Part shown: positions 34,769 through 44,608 of the stretch, piece by piece
How the letters are laid out: the number at the start of each line of letters is the position of its first letter
How positions within the stretch are numbered: position 1 is the stretch's first letter
NCBI GenBank assembly: GCA_000004985.1
Contig: GG738871.1
DNA length: 64,000 nt
DNA from: Naegleria gruberi
Lineage: Eukaryota
Direction: 5' to 3' (one strand)
Translations under genes and position numbers: made by a program
Notes under the pieces: generated by a model
Seen by the model: only the letters and a program-made list of their open reading frames with translations
Told to the model about the DNA's origin: nothing
Database searches by the model: none

Positions 34769-35608
34769 ATGAAGAGATTGTTCATTACAACTTTCTTTCC
34801 TTCTTCAAATGTCCCATCATCAACAAGTTGTTCCAAAAGTTTACCATCATCATCTGCTGGTGGATTCGATTTCCTAGTACAAATTCTTAGAAACAAGGGA
34901 ATTACTGATTCATTCTTACTGGAAATCAATGATGTTTCCACACTTCAAACATTAGCGCGAGACTATGGTTTACCATTTGAACCATTACAAAAATACCATC
35001 AAAATCTGTTAAAAAACAAACCTTCCAACTTTGAACCAATTAGACATAATAGTAATCAAGCTAGCATTCTAACATCTCCTTCCAGATCCTCATCATTACT
35101 TTCCTCTCTAATGAATGATAGTTATTTAGAAGAGGGTTTAGATGATGAGTCAACTTCCTATTCTTCTAGATCGGCCTCAATTTCTATTCCCTCCTCTCAT
35201 TCTTCATCCGCCTCGATTGTTAAATCATTTGGTACAATCAGTTCCTCAATTGACGAACACTTCTTTGATGATGATAAGGAAAAGATGAGAAAACCAATTA
35301 CCACTAACGATAACCGCCCAACAACTCCTGTAAATTATGAAGCTGCCACCACATCTTGTTTATCACAAGAAGAAAAAGCGAAAAAAGAGTTGGAAAACAT
35401 TCTAGATATTATTCACGACAATAATTATAACTTTCCAAAGTCTGCACTTGTTGCTGCATTCAGAAAGACAATTAATGAAGGTCGTTTACCATCCAGTCCT
35501 GCTTTGAATCCAACCTCTCCTTCTTCCCCCAGTTATAAATCATTCATGTTCAATGATGTTGACTCTGATTCTGAATATGATGATTCTCCAACCTCACCTG
35601 TATTATAA
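34769..35608 (+). CDS. Hypothetical Ser-rich protein (279 aa)
   Basis: ATG at 34769. It has Ser/Thr-rich low-complexity segments and an acidic DSDSEYDDSPTSPVL tail with potential phospho-sites. No recognised domain. Confidence 0.45.
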   Translation: MKRLFITTFFPSSNVPSSTSCSKSLPSSSAGGFDFLVQILRNKGITDSFLLEINDVSTLQTLARDYGLPFEPLQKYHQNLLKNKPSNFEPIRHNSNQASILTSPSRSSSLLSSLMNDSYLEEGLDDESTSYSSRSASISIPSSHSSSASIVKSFGTISSSIDEHFFDDDKEKMRKPITTNDNRPTTPVNYEAATTSCLSQEEKAKKELENILDIIHDNNYNFPKSALVAAFRKTINEGRLPSSPALNPTSPSSPSYKSFMFNDVDSDSEYDDSPTSPVL

Positions 35609-35838
35609 TAACAGATCACTTGTACAATATTCTTAACTATTCAATTTTGAAAAGAAAATGAATAAACCATTCGTTTTCAAATCCTAAACTCAATGACTCA
35701 ATAAACCAACCTATTCGAAATAAACGAAAAAATTATTAACGATATGAATTTATTGTAAAAAAGAGTGCCTTAAATGAGTGTTCTATTAGAGTTCAATGAA
35801 GTGAAAAGGAATTAGTGAACATTTCTCAACTTTAAAAA

Positions 35839-36894
35839 ATGTCAAAGTGGTCACTCTCTCAAACCATCACCAATGAACAAAAACTCTTTGCTTGCCCATC
35901 AAGTGTAGCCCTTTCCCATCGCTATAACAAACTTTTTGTTGCTACCTACGATGATATTGAATGTTGGATGAATAATTGTTGCATTCAAGTATTTGATATT
36001 AAAAAGAATGGAGAAGAAACAACCTATTCCTATCAGGGAAGAATGCTCATTCCGGCCAATCCAAACAATTTACTTCTTGTCAGTGATGATAATGATGATT
36101 CTCTTCTTGTCAGTTGTAGTGCAAGAAATGCTTTGTTGAGATTTCAAGTTTCTGATTTATTGGAAAATGCTGTTGATGATGATGACTATTCAACTCAACC
36201 TATTTGGAGAGTTGAAAGTAAATTTGGATATCCATGTGGAATGGCTGAGGCAACAGATGAAAATGGTGAGAAGATTATTTTTGTTTGTGATGAAAGCAAG
36301 AATAGAATTGCAATTCTTTCATTTAAGGATGGAAAAATTATGAGATCACTATATGGACAACTCAATGAAATAGAAAGTTCAGAAGGTAAAGGTGATGATG
36401 AAACAGAAACTCCGCAGGAAGTTGAAAATTCGGAGCCAGTAGAAACTGCTGAAACTAGTTCAGAAGAAATTCCTCAAGCTGAAAACAAATCAGATGAAGA
36501 AGAGTTACCAACAAATAGATATTCATTCACAAAAATTGCATCTGTTTCAGTCAATCAGAATGGTAGCCAGTACACTATTATTGTCTCAGGATATAGAACT
36601 AGTCACAAAATTATTTTGAATGGCTTAATGTCAACTGAGATTATTGAAACTGAATTGAAAAGTTGTGGAACTCACTCAACTTTGGATAGCTTGAAAAATC
36701 AACAAATATTTGTTGGCTGTTCCAGTAATGAAGTTAGTATTCTTGATTTGGAAAGCGAACAAGTGGTATTTACTACAAATGAATTTAATCTTGATCGTCC
36801 TGTTCACGTATTGTTAGATAATACTACCAGAACATTATTCATTGTAAATGATAATTGTCCAAGTATTACAATTTTAACAGAAAGAGTTGAATGA
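35839..36894 (+). CDS. Hypothetical protein (351 aa), possibly beta-propeller/NHL-like
   Basis: ATG at 35839. Repeated hydrophobic-Gly-Asp blocks (IIFVCDESKNRIAILSF; IFVGCSSNEVSILDL; LFIVNDNCPSITIL) suggest propeller blades. It has an acidic middle linker. Confidence 0.5.
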   Translation: MSKWSLSQTITNEQKLFACPSSVALSHRYNKLFVATYDDIECWMNNCCIQVFDIKKNGEETTYSYQGRMLIPANPNNLLLVSDDNDDSLLVSCSARNALLRFQVSDLLENAVDDDDYSTQPIWRVESKFGYPCGMAEATDENGEKIIFVCDESKNRIAILSFKDGKIMRSLYGQLNEIESSEGKGDDETETPQEVENSEPVETAETSSEEIPQAENKSDEEELPTNRYSFTKIASVSVNQNGSQYTIIVSGYRTSHKIILNGLMSTEIIETELKSCGTHSTLDSLKNQQIFVGCSSNEVSILDLESEQVVFTTNEFNLDRPVHVLLDNTTRTLFIVNDNCPSITILTERVE

Positions 36895-37031
36895 GAAAAC
36901 ATAATAATATATTGTGGGGTGAATGTTACTATTTTTTGGTTCTATTCCACAGTAATAAATATATTCTACTTTTGTAATACACAGTGTGTAAATTTTATAA
37001 TACTAGTAGTGAAATAACTTTACTATGTTGT

Positions 37032-38353
37032 TTACAACAATGAAGCAATGAAAGAAATCAAAGCAATCAAAAGTACAGAGAATGAAGAAACAGAGCTAGA
37101 ATTAATCTTACTTGATTTTGGTGAGGCCTTTGGTGAAATAGTTGGAGTGACAACATCAGCAGCTGGAGCAGGATCAACACAAGCATCATTTGGAGAGGAC
37201 AATGAAATAGCTGAAGGATTTGGAATACCAATAGCAGCAACAGCAATTCTACCACCAGCATTACCAGTAGCAGAAGTTGAAGTACCATCATCTCTAGTGG
37301 TGTGAAGAACCAAACCACGTCCAATAATATTTCTAACACCAGTCAATTCAATCAAATCAACATTGAAATCAAAAGTAGCAATACCACTATCATCAGCAGT
37401 AACGTTACCTAAATCACCAACGTGTCTTTCAGTAGATCCTGGATAACCGTGTGTCTTATTGAATGGATTGAAATGGCCACCAGTTCTAGTACCATCTGTT
37501 AAATCAAGTTCACCATAAGTGTGAATATGCAAACCATGAGTTGATTGAGCAGTCAATCCACAAATTTTACCATAAACTCTAGTCAATCCACTACCTGAAT
37601 TATATGAGAAAATAACTCTACCAGTAACATTACCAGTTGCAGCAGCAGTCTTTTGGAAAACAGCAACACCAATATTATCAGTATAAACATCATTATAAGT
37701 CATAGTATTAGCAGCATTATTTGCAATACCAATTACACAATGAGCTGCAGGATTACTGGCATTACCAGTTGGTTGAGCAATTTTACCCAAATCAGCTGCC
37801 ATATGTAAACGAATAGCTCTACCAACAACACTAATACTTCCATTAAATTGTGGAAGAGTTGAAGTAATAACACCTGAATATCCCTTTGATAAATCAATAT
37901 TACCCAAATCACCAATGTGAATATCACTTCCTGTATTATCAGATGGAAGTGCATGATTCTTACCATATGGATTATAATGTCCACCAGTTGCAGTAGCATC
38001 AGCTAATTTATCATCATTATTATTATTATTATTATTATTAATATATTTGTTACAATATTAAATATATTTGTTACAATTAATATTAAAAGTATTTAAAACA
38101 TACCAATATAACCATATTGATGAATGTGGAATCCTAATGTTTTACCTTGCAAAGCAGTTGGTACAGTTGATTGATCCAATGACCAAGCAACACTTGTAGT
38201 TCCATCACTTGATTGTGTGAAATAAACTGCTCCTTTTAATCCTTTAGCATAGGTTGTACCTCTCAAGAGACAATGAGCAATTTGACCATTAATTGATGAA
38301 ATTAATGAAGCAATGAGAACAAGCAATGTAATTAATAGTAATTTAGAATTCAT
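37032..38353 (-). CDS. Secreted/GPI-anchored protein with two tandem Cu/Zn superoxide dismutase domains; exons 38104-38353 and 37032-38002, 101-nt intron
   Basis: Signal peptide MNSKLLLITLLVLIASLISSINGQ. Domain 1 has GFHIHQYG...GGHYNP...KNHALP...DIHIGDLGN...IRLHMAADLG...GNASNPAAHCVIGI. Domain 2 has HGLHIHTYG...GGHFNP...KTHGYP...ERHVGDLGN...LVLHTTRDDG...GNAGGRIAVAAIGI. The C-terminal hydrophobic tail SVSSFSVLLIALISFIASLL is GPI-signal-like. The intron has a GTATGT donor, contains an (AAT)n run and a 17-bp direct repeat, and uses the only AG available (aaattag). Confidence 0.85.
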
Positions 38354-38514
38354 TTTGTTGTTTTTTTTATAAAGCTGATTGTTGCAACTTTCAACGTTCA
38401 ACAACAACTAATTGGCATTGATTGACATTATGAATTGGTTCGATGTTGTTCATTCACACAAATATTCAATTCAACTTGTTGAAAATTATCGAGCTGGTAA
38501 GTTGGATTCTCAAA

Positions 38515-38537
38515 GAGGCGCGAATTTTGGCGCTCTC
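38515..38537. promoter_or_regulatory. GC cluster GAGGCGCGAATTTTGGCGCTCTC ~165-180 nt upstream of tandem-SOD gene ATG (minus, 38353)
   Basis: GGCGCG plus TTTTGGCGC half-palindrome. E2F-like TTTSGCGC. Confidence 0.4.
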
Positions 38538-39396
38538 AATTTTTCACCAATTATTAGACCTGACATTTGGCAGATTGATGCTTCCAAATCGGGTATGTGA
38601 GGTCAAGGAGGAAAATTGATACTGTTGTTTTGGATTTAATAGTGCATTAATAAGCCTACTAGTTTCTGGTAGTGAACAGACAATCAAATATTTCACATTC
38701 AATAGTTAATATTTAACATTATTCGAAAGTGAAATGAGCTTTGAATTTCTAATAAAAATGATGGAATATGAATAAGAAACTCTAGTGATATGATTGTAAT
38801 GATGTTGAAGAAACTAGAAGTGATGGTCTCATCAATTTTTTCTCAAATGGCAACAAAGAATTTCTAATAACATATTCGAACGAAAGATTCTCATATTATT
38901 ATTTATTTCCTATGTTGTATAAAAATTACAATCACACTAGATCTTTACAACACTTACAGTTTTTTTTTTACCATACCTCCTCAATAGTTAGTCAACCAAA
39001 TTCTAATAACTTACTTGAGGTCGTGCTATTTAATTTCCAATTAGAAAGTTGAGCAATAGAAAGGCGCACAATTATACATTTGATCCGACACCTCATTGCA
39101 GGGTGTAATTGTCCATTCTTTATTATCAACATGTTTTTGACATCCAACTTGAAAAAATTGTTGTCATATATTATCTATATTATTAGAAAGCAAAAAAGTC
39201 ACTAAATTTGTTTTTGATATAGAGAATTGGTACCCTATAAAAGTGACATCTTTAAAATTATTCAAGAAAATACATCATCATCATTATCAGCAGAATCATT
39301 AATTTATTATCATCATCATTGTCATCATCAATAATTTTATAATTGAAATTAATAATAATAATAATAATCGGTAGTGATTGTCGGAGTTAATAATTC

Positions 39397-42300
39397 ATGT
39401 CTTTAAAAAAAAATATTCAGATATTGGTGGATCGTTTAGATTCAACACTCTCTGTGAATTCATCCTCCGATCATCATCAAGATCTTAGTAATTATCCTCT
39501 TCATATTGAAGATCAATCAGAGGATAACAATAATATTGAACAAGAATTAATAACAGAGAGTCCAACATCTATTTCAAGACATCAACTCATGTTTAATAGT
39601 GGTGGTGCTAATAATAATCACAATCATAATCATAATGGTATGGATCATGATGATGAATTTGATGAAGATTCATTATTATTATCCAACAATAATGGAAGTG
39701 TAAATAATTATCAAGATGACGACGTTGTGTTAAATTCCTATTTGAATGAAAGGACAATTGGTGATTTAACAAAGAAACCCTATATTCCATTAAAACAAGA
39801 TAGAAAGAAAATGACTCGATTACAAAATATTTATTACATGTTTTTACAATACATGATGTTTACTTGGAAGGAAGTTTCAAAACGTAAAGTTTCATATTTG
39901 ATTGGAACTGCGAGTTGTTTTGTTGTAGTTTGGATGATTATGGTTTCAGTTTCTGCACTTTCACAAGTTCCTTTGGTGTTTATTCGTTTGGCAGAGTTAC
40001 AAGTTGGTGAATTTGATTTTAAATTGAAAACTGGCATTAATATGGCAGGTATTTCACTAAATTATACAAGAATTAATTTACAAATTCAAAATGCTACAAG
40101 AGGTAATCCTGAAATGACTCAACAATTTTCATATCATTCACCTAGATTTACATTTAGTACAAGGGCATTTACAAATTGTGAAAGTATAACACAAGATTTA
40201 TCTATTTTTAAATATCAAGATTTTAAATGGATGTATAATTCAACAAGTAGTTCATGTGGTTTGAGAGAAAATCAAAAATCCATTCAATCATCCGATTATA
40301 ATAATGGACAATATTGTGTTCCAATTGATTGTAAAAAAGTTGCTGAAAGATTATCACTTTATTTAATTGATACTGATAAAGAACGTAGAATGCAATTCGG
40401 AAGAACTTATCCATATTCAAAATTGGAAAAGGGGAAGGCAATTATTGGTTCTGGTCTTGCTGAAACATTATCTGTTAAAAAAGGTGATACTATTCTATTG
40501 AATATTCAAACAATGAATAGCTTTACTGGACCATATCGTGATTCTCACATGATTGGTTATGTCTATCCAAAGGCAAAAGGATCATTGGAAAAATTAATAC
40601 CAAAACAAATACAAGAGCTATTGGATAGTAATGAATTTCATGAATTTGAAAGAAAGAATATAAGATCACAAGCAATTCTCAATGAAATACTTGAAGAGAA
40701 ATATTCTGATTTATTCGATGAGGATCAAGCATTGAAAAATAGAAGACTTACATTCAATGGTGGTGCCACTTACATTCCAGTAATTGTTGAAGATGTTGCC
40801 AATAATGCATATGGAAAATATCAATCAACGAATTTGGAAAATGCAATTATTATGGAATATGATTCATTACTTGCTCATGTTGCAGAGTTTTTGAATGAAG
40901 ATCTCTTTTCCAAATCAGAAAAGTCAACTCTTTCACAATTAGATTTGTATGATTATGCCAGTGAAGTTTATGTTAATTATCCACCAAATAGATTAACTGC
41001 CTATAATGAAAATGATTACAAAGTGATTAGAGAAAAGATTACAAAATTTGCTTCCACTTCAATGTATTTAATGGGTTTTAATCAACTTTCATCAAGTTTC
41101 CCAATATTGGAAATGATGGAAGTTACACAATTTTTTGCCCTCTTTGTTGGTTTAATTATTTCAATCATTTTAATTGTTTTGTGTTTACTTTCTGTTGTAT
41201 TAATTTACAGTTTGTTAATGATTAATGTTGAAAATAGAAGATATGAAATGGGTTTATTGAGAATGATTGGTTTAAAGAGAAGAAATCTTGTTGAACTCAT
41301 TCTAGTTCAAGCCATGTGGTATGGTATTCCAGCTTGGATTTTAGGGTTAATCATTGGTCAATTATCTTATTCTGTAGTTGCAATTTTGCTTAGTACTCAA
41401 TTGGAAGCAAACGTTTCATATATTGTCTCTGGTGAAGCTTTTGCATTGGCAACATTCCTTGGCTTGACTGTTCCTGTTTTATCTGCCATTTTACCAATCA
41501 AGACAGCCCTCGGTCAAAATTTACACGATTCACTCGATACTCAAAGATCAGGAACAGCAGCTGTTAAATATTCAATTGAAAGAGCTGAGGGAGAATCCAT
41601 CTCATGGACATCTATTGTTATGGGTGTTGTTGGTATAATTTTTGGTTTTTCAGTTTATTATGTCATGCCACTCAGTATGCTTACATTTAATATTACAATT
41701 ATGATGTACATGTTTATGGCTGTTATTTTGGCCATGTTATTGGGTTTAGTTTTATTGAGTTTGAATTTTGAAAATATTATTGAATTTATTGTAGTTTTAT
41801 TTACCATTAGAATATTTGAAAAAGTATCAGTTATTGATCTAGTTGAAAAGAATCTAATTGCTCATCGTGAGAGAAATAGAAAGACAACTCTAATGTTTTC
41901 ATTGAGTTTGGGTTTTATTATATTTTCATCTGTTTTATTCAATACACAAATTACAGCATTCAAATATAATGTAATGAGAGGTGCAGGAACAGAACTCATT
42001 GTTGGTACCAGTAGATTGAATGCATTTGCTCAGAATCCAAATATCATTGGAACTATACAGGAATTTGCTGATAATAATCCTAATTGGTTTGTTGGATCCA
42101 CTTATTGGACATTTGATTTAACAAGAGTTACATCACCAATTGATAATACTAAAATAAGAACTGATGGTGGTCTTGTTAATAATGATATTTATATTCGTGC
42201 CATTGCTCCAAACTTTTTTAATATTACAAATTCAAAGTTTTTAAGAATTGATGAAAGAATTCAACCTGAAAATAAGACAGTATTTACAAAATATAAGAGT

Positions 42301-43167
42301 AATTTAGATGAATATTTATATACTGTTGAAGGAAGTAGTCAATTAATATTAGGAACTTATTTTAAATCAAATTTAGGAGTTAATATCAAAGATACAGCTG
42401 TTCTTCAAATTACTGAATCAACTTCAAGAATGCCAAATTATAGATATGAATTATTCCAAGTTGGTGCTTTTTTGAGTGCATGTCCAGTAGCTCTCTATTC
42501 TGAATTTCCAAGATTTGGAACACAAAATTTACTTGTCAGTGTTCCAACCTATTTACGTCTCCTTGGAAAGAATTCAAATTATACAGCAACAAGTCTTCCA
42601 ATTGATGCTGTCTTTTTAAAATTAACTGAAAATGCAAAGAATAATAAGGCTGAATTTAGAAAGTTGAGATCTACTCTCCAACGTGTCATTAGTCCATTCC
42701 CAGGACTATTCATTAGAGATATTAGTCAAGAATTAGATCCAGTTGAAATTGCAGTTTCAGTCATGAACTTTTTCTTCCTCTTCACAGCAGCAGTTGCCCT
42801 CGTCATTTGTTTCTTTAGTTTAATTTCTAGCATGTATAGTAATATTAATTCACAAGCAAAGGAAATTGGAATTTTAAGAGCTATTGGAATGAAGAAATTT
42901 GCAATTATTAGAGTTTACATTTATGAGGCATTTGTTTTGATATCAGCTGCTGCAGTTTCTGGTGTGGCCATTGGTTTGGCTATTGGACAAACTATGGCTA
43001 TGCAAAATACCTTAATTACAGAATTACCAATTGATTTTGTATTTCCTTATCAAATTGTTGCACTTGTACTTGGAAGTGCAATTATTTTTAGTTTCTTTTC
43101 TTCCTTCTTCCCTATTTATTCACTTGTTAATATGCCAATTGTTAGCGTTTTGAAAAAACTTAATTAA
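39397..43167 (+). CDS. Large (1256 aa) polytopic membrane protein with two FtsX/MacB-type ABC-permease-like 4-TM modules and large extracytoplasmic domains
   Basis: ATG at 39397. The N-terminal 110 aa are N/H/D-rich. TM at 170-190. First FtsX-like module: FFALFVGLIISIILIVLCLLSVVLIYSLLMINVENRRYEMGLLRMIGLKRRNLVELILVQAMWYGIPAWILGLIIG...ALATFLGLTVPVLSAILPIKTAL. Second module near the C-terminus: FFFLFTAAVALVICFFSLISSMYSNINSQAKEIGILRAIGMKKFAIIRVYIYEAFVLISAAAVSGVAIGLAIG.... No ATPase domain in the ORF. Confidence 0.75.
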   Translation: MSLKKNIQILVDRLDSTLSVNSSSDHHQDLSNYPLHIEDQSEDNNNIEQELITESPTSISRHQLMFNSGGANNNHNHNHNGMDHDDEFDEDSLLLSNNNGSVNNYQDDDVVLNSYLNERTIGDLTKKPYIPLKQDRKKMTRLQNIYYMFLQYMMFTWKEVSKRKVSYLIGTASCFVVVWMIMVSVSALSQVPLVFIRLAELQVGEFDFKLKTGINMAGISLNYTRINLQIQNATRGNPEMTQQFSYHSPRFTFSTRAFTNCESITQDLSIFKYQDFKWMYNSTSSSCGLRENQKSIQSSDYNNGQYCVPIDCKKVAERLSLYLIDTDKERRMQFGRTYPYSKLEKGKAIIGSGLAETLSVKKGDTILLNIQTMNSFTGPYRDSHMIGYVYPKAKGSLEKLIPKQIQELLDSNEFHEFERKNIRSQAILNEILEEKYSDLFDEDQALKNRRLTFNGGATYIPVIVEDVANNAYGKYQSTNLENAIIMEYDSLLAHVAEFLNEDLFSKSEKSTLSQLDLYDYASEVYVNYPPNRLTAYNENDYKVIREKITKFASTSMYLMGFNQLSSSFPILEMMEVTQFFALFVGLIISIILIVLCLLSVVLIYSLLMINVENRRYEMGLLRMIGLKRRNLVELILVQAMWYGIPAWILGLIIGQLSYSVVAILLSTQLEANVSYIVSGEAFALATFLGLTVPVLSAILPIKTALGQNLHDSLDTQRSGTAAVKYSIERAEGESISWTSIVMGVVGIIFGFSVYYVMPLSMLTFNITIMMYMFMAVILAMLLGLVLLSLNFENIIEFIVVLFTIRIFEKVSVIDLVEKNLIAHRERNRKTTLMFSLSLGFIIFSSVLFNTQITAFKYNVMRGAGTELIVGTSRLNAFAQNPNIIGTIQEFADNNPNWFVGSTYWTFDLTRVTSPIDNTKIRTDGGLVNNDIYIRAIAPNFFNITNSKFLRIDERIQPENKTVFTKYKSNLDEYLYTVEGSSQLILGTYFKSNLGVNIKDTAVLQITESTSRMPNYRYELFQVGAFLSACPVALYSEFPRFGTQNLLVSVPTYLRLLGKNSNYTATSLPIDAVFLKLTENAKNNKAEFRKLRSTLQRVISPFPGLFIRDISQELDPVEIAVSVMNFFFLFTAAVALVICFFSLISSMYSNINSQAKEIGILRAIGMKKFAIIRVYIYEAFVLISAAAVSGVAIGLAIGQTMAMQNTLITELPIDFVFPYQIVALVLGSAIIFSFFSSFFPIYSLVNMPIVSVLKKLN

Positions 43168-43498
43168 AATCTTTAATTTTCATTCATAGATTCTTTTTGA
43201 AAGTATTTGAAAATGAAGTGGACAAACTATTTGTCCATTCAATGAAACTCTAAATTGATCAACCACCATGAAAGAAACTCAGTAACTCAGCCGCTAAGTT
43301 TCGAATATGGAGGAATTTGATAGGGTTGAAATCAGTTGAATGTTAGAATAGTACGCACGAGAAGTTTTTCCAATATTTCCATCATGTCCACGTTCAAATT
43401 TCATAATTTAGAAAATGGAAACGCACATTAATTCAATATTTAAAATGTTTTAAGAAGATGGACAATTTCAACTGAACAGTTCAAAACAGAGAAAGAAA

Positions 43499-44557
43499 AT
43501 GAGTCAACAACAACAAGAAGAATATAAAAGTGTTATTATTACTGGTTGTAACAGTGGAATTGGTTTGGAAGCAGTGAGACAATTGTTGAGAGAAGAATGG
43601 GATTCGAATAGAAAAACTAAACATATTGTAATGGCATGTAGAGGTGTTGAGTTATCAAATAGTGAAATGGAAACGTTTATTCAAGATTATTTGAAGGAAC
43701 ATCCTGAAAGAAACGAAACTGAACTAAAGAGTCAAATTACAGCTTTGAAACTTGATTTGGCATCGTTCAAATCAATTCATCAATTTGTTTCAGAAATCAA
43801 ATCCTTAATTGACAGTTCCAAAATTCCACCTCTTCATTCACTTGTTTGTAATGCAGGTTTACAATATGCAAACAAATTAGTTTTGACAGAAGAAGGTTAT
43901 GAGGCCACATTTGGAGTCAACCATCTTGGACATTTCTTATTAATTAATTTGTTGCTTCCATTATTTACAAAGTCAACCAATTCAAAGAATAGAATTGTAA
44001 TTGTATCAAGTGATACTCACGATAGAACAAAATTTACAGGAATGCCAGTTCCAGAATTTGAAACCGCTGAAAAGTTAGCAATCATTTCCACTGATTCTGA
44101 TACAGAGCAAGATAATAGCAAATTGGGTAGAGTTAGATATACTACATCCAAGTTCTGTAATATTTTATGTGCCTATGAATTGGTTACTAGATTGCAATCT
44201 CATCCAATTTATAGAGATCAATTTACAGTCAATTCTTTTAATCCAGGTTTTGTTCCTACTACAGGTTTATCAAGAGATTATAACAAGTTTTTGAGAGCTA
44301 TTGCAAGAAATGTTTTACCTTTATTGAGATTTGTTCATAGTGGTGTTAGAACATTGGAAGTTTCTGGTTATGATTTGAAACAATTAATTATTGATAGAAA
44401 TCTTGAAAACGTAACTGGAAAATATTTTGATGGAAGTAATATGATTGATTCATCACCTGATACATATAATACTACAATTCAAAATGAATTGTGGGAAGAT
44501 AGTATCAAATTAATCATTGCAAAATCTGATATCATCTCAAAAACAAACTTCTTGTAA
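43499..44557 (+). CDS. Short-chain dehydrogenase/reductase (protochlorophyllide-reductase/retinol-dehydrogenase-like SDR)
   Basis: Rossmann motif VIITGCNSGIGLEAVRQLL, with ...HIVMACRGVE, NAG (LVCNAGLQ), a catalytic-region S...Y..K-like segment, and RTLEVSG. Intronless 352-aa ORF from ATG at 43499. Confidence 0.85.
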   Translation: MSQQQQEEYKSVIITGCNSGIGLEAVRQLLREEWDSNRKTKHIVMACRGVELSNSEMETFIQDYLKEHPERNETELKSQITALKLDLASFKSIHQFVSEIKSLIDSSKIPPLHSLVCNAGLQYANKLVLTEEGYEATFGVNHLGHFLLINLLLPLFTKSTNSKNRIVIVSSDTHDRTKFTGMPVPEFETAEKLAIISTDSDTEQDNSKLGRVRYTTSKFCNILCAYELVTRLQSHPIYRDQFTVNSFNPGFVPTTGLSRDYNKFLRAIARNVLPLLRFVHSGVRTLEVSGYDLKQLIIDRNLENVTGKYFDGSNMIDSSPDTYNTTIQNELWEDSIKLIIAKSDIISKTNFL

Positions 44558-44608
44558 AGAGCTAATACCTTAATATTTATATTTAATAAATTATTTATTT
44601 TACAAAAT

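Noticed and set aside
38412-38600. 62-aa plus-strand ORF with apparently good internal GTAAGT donor and ttattag acceptor (a possible mini-gene spanning the GC cluster)
   Set aside because: The spliced product is a ~45-aa peptide with no similarity. The region is the promoter of the SOD gene. The splice-like signals are probably coincidental in AT-rich DNA.
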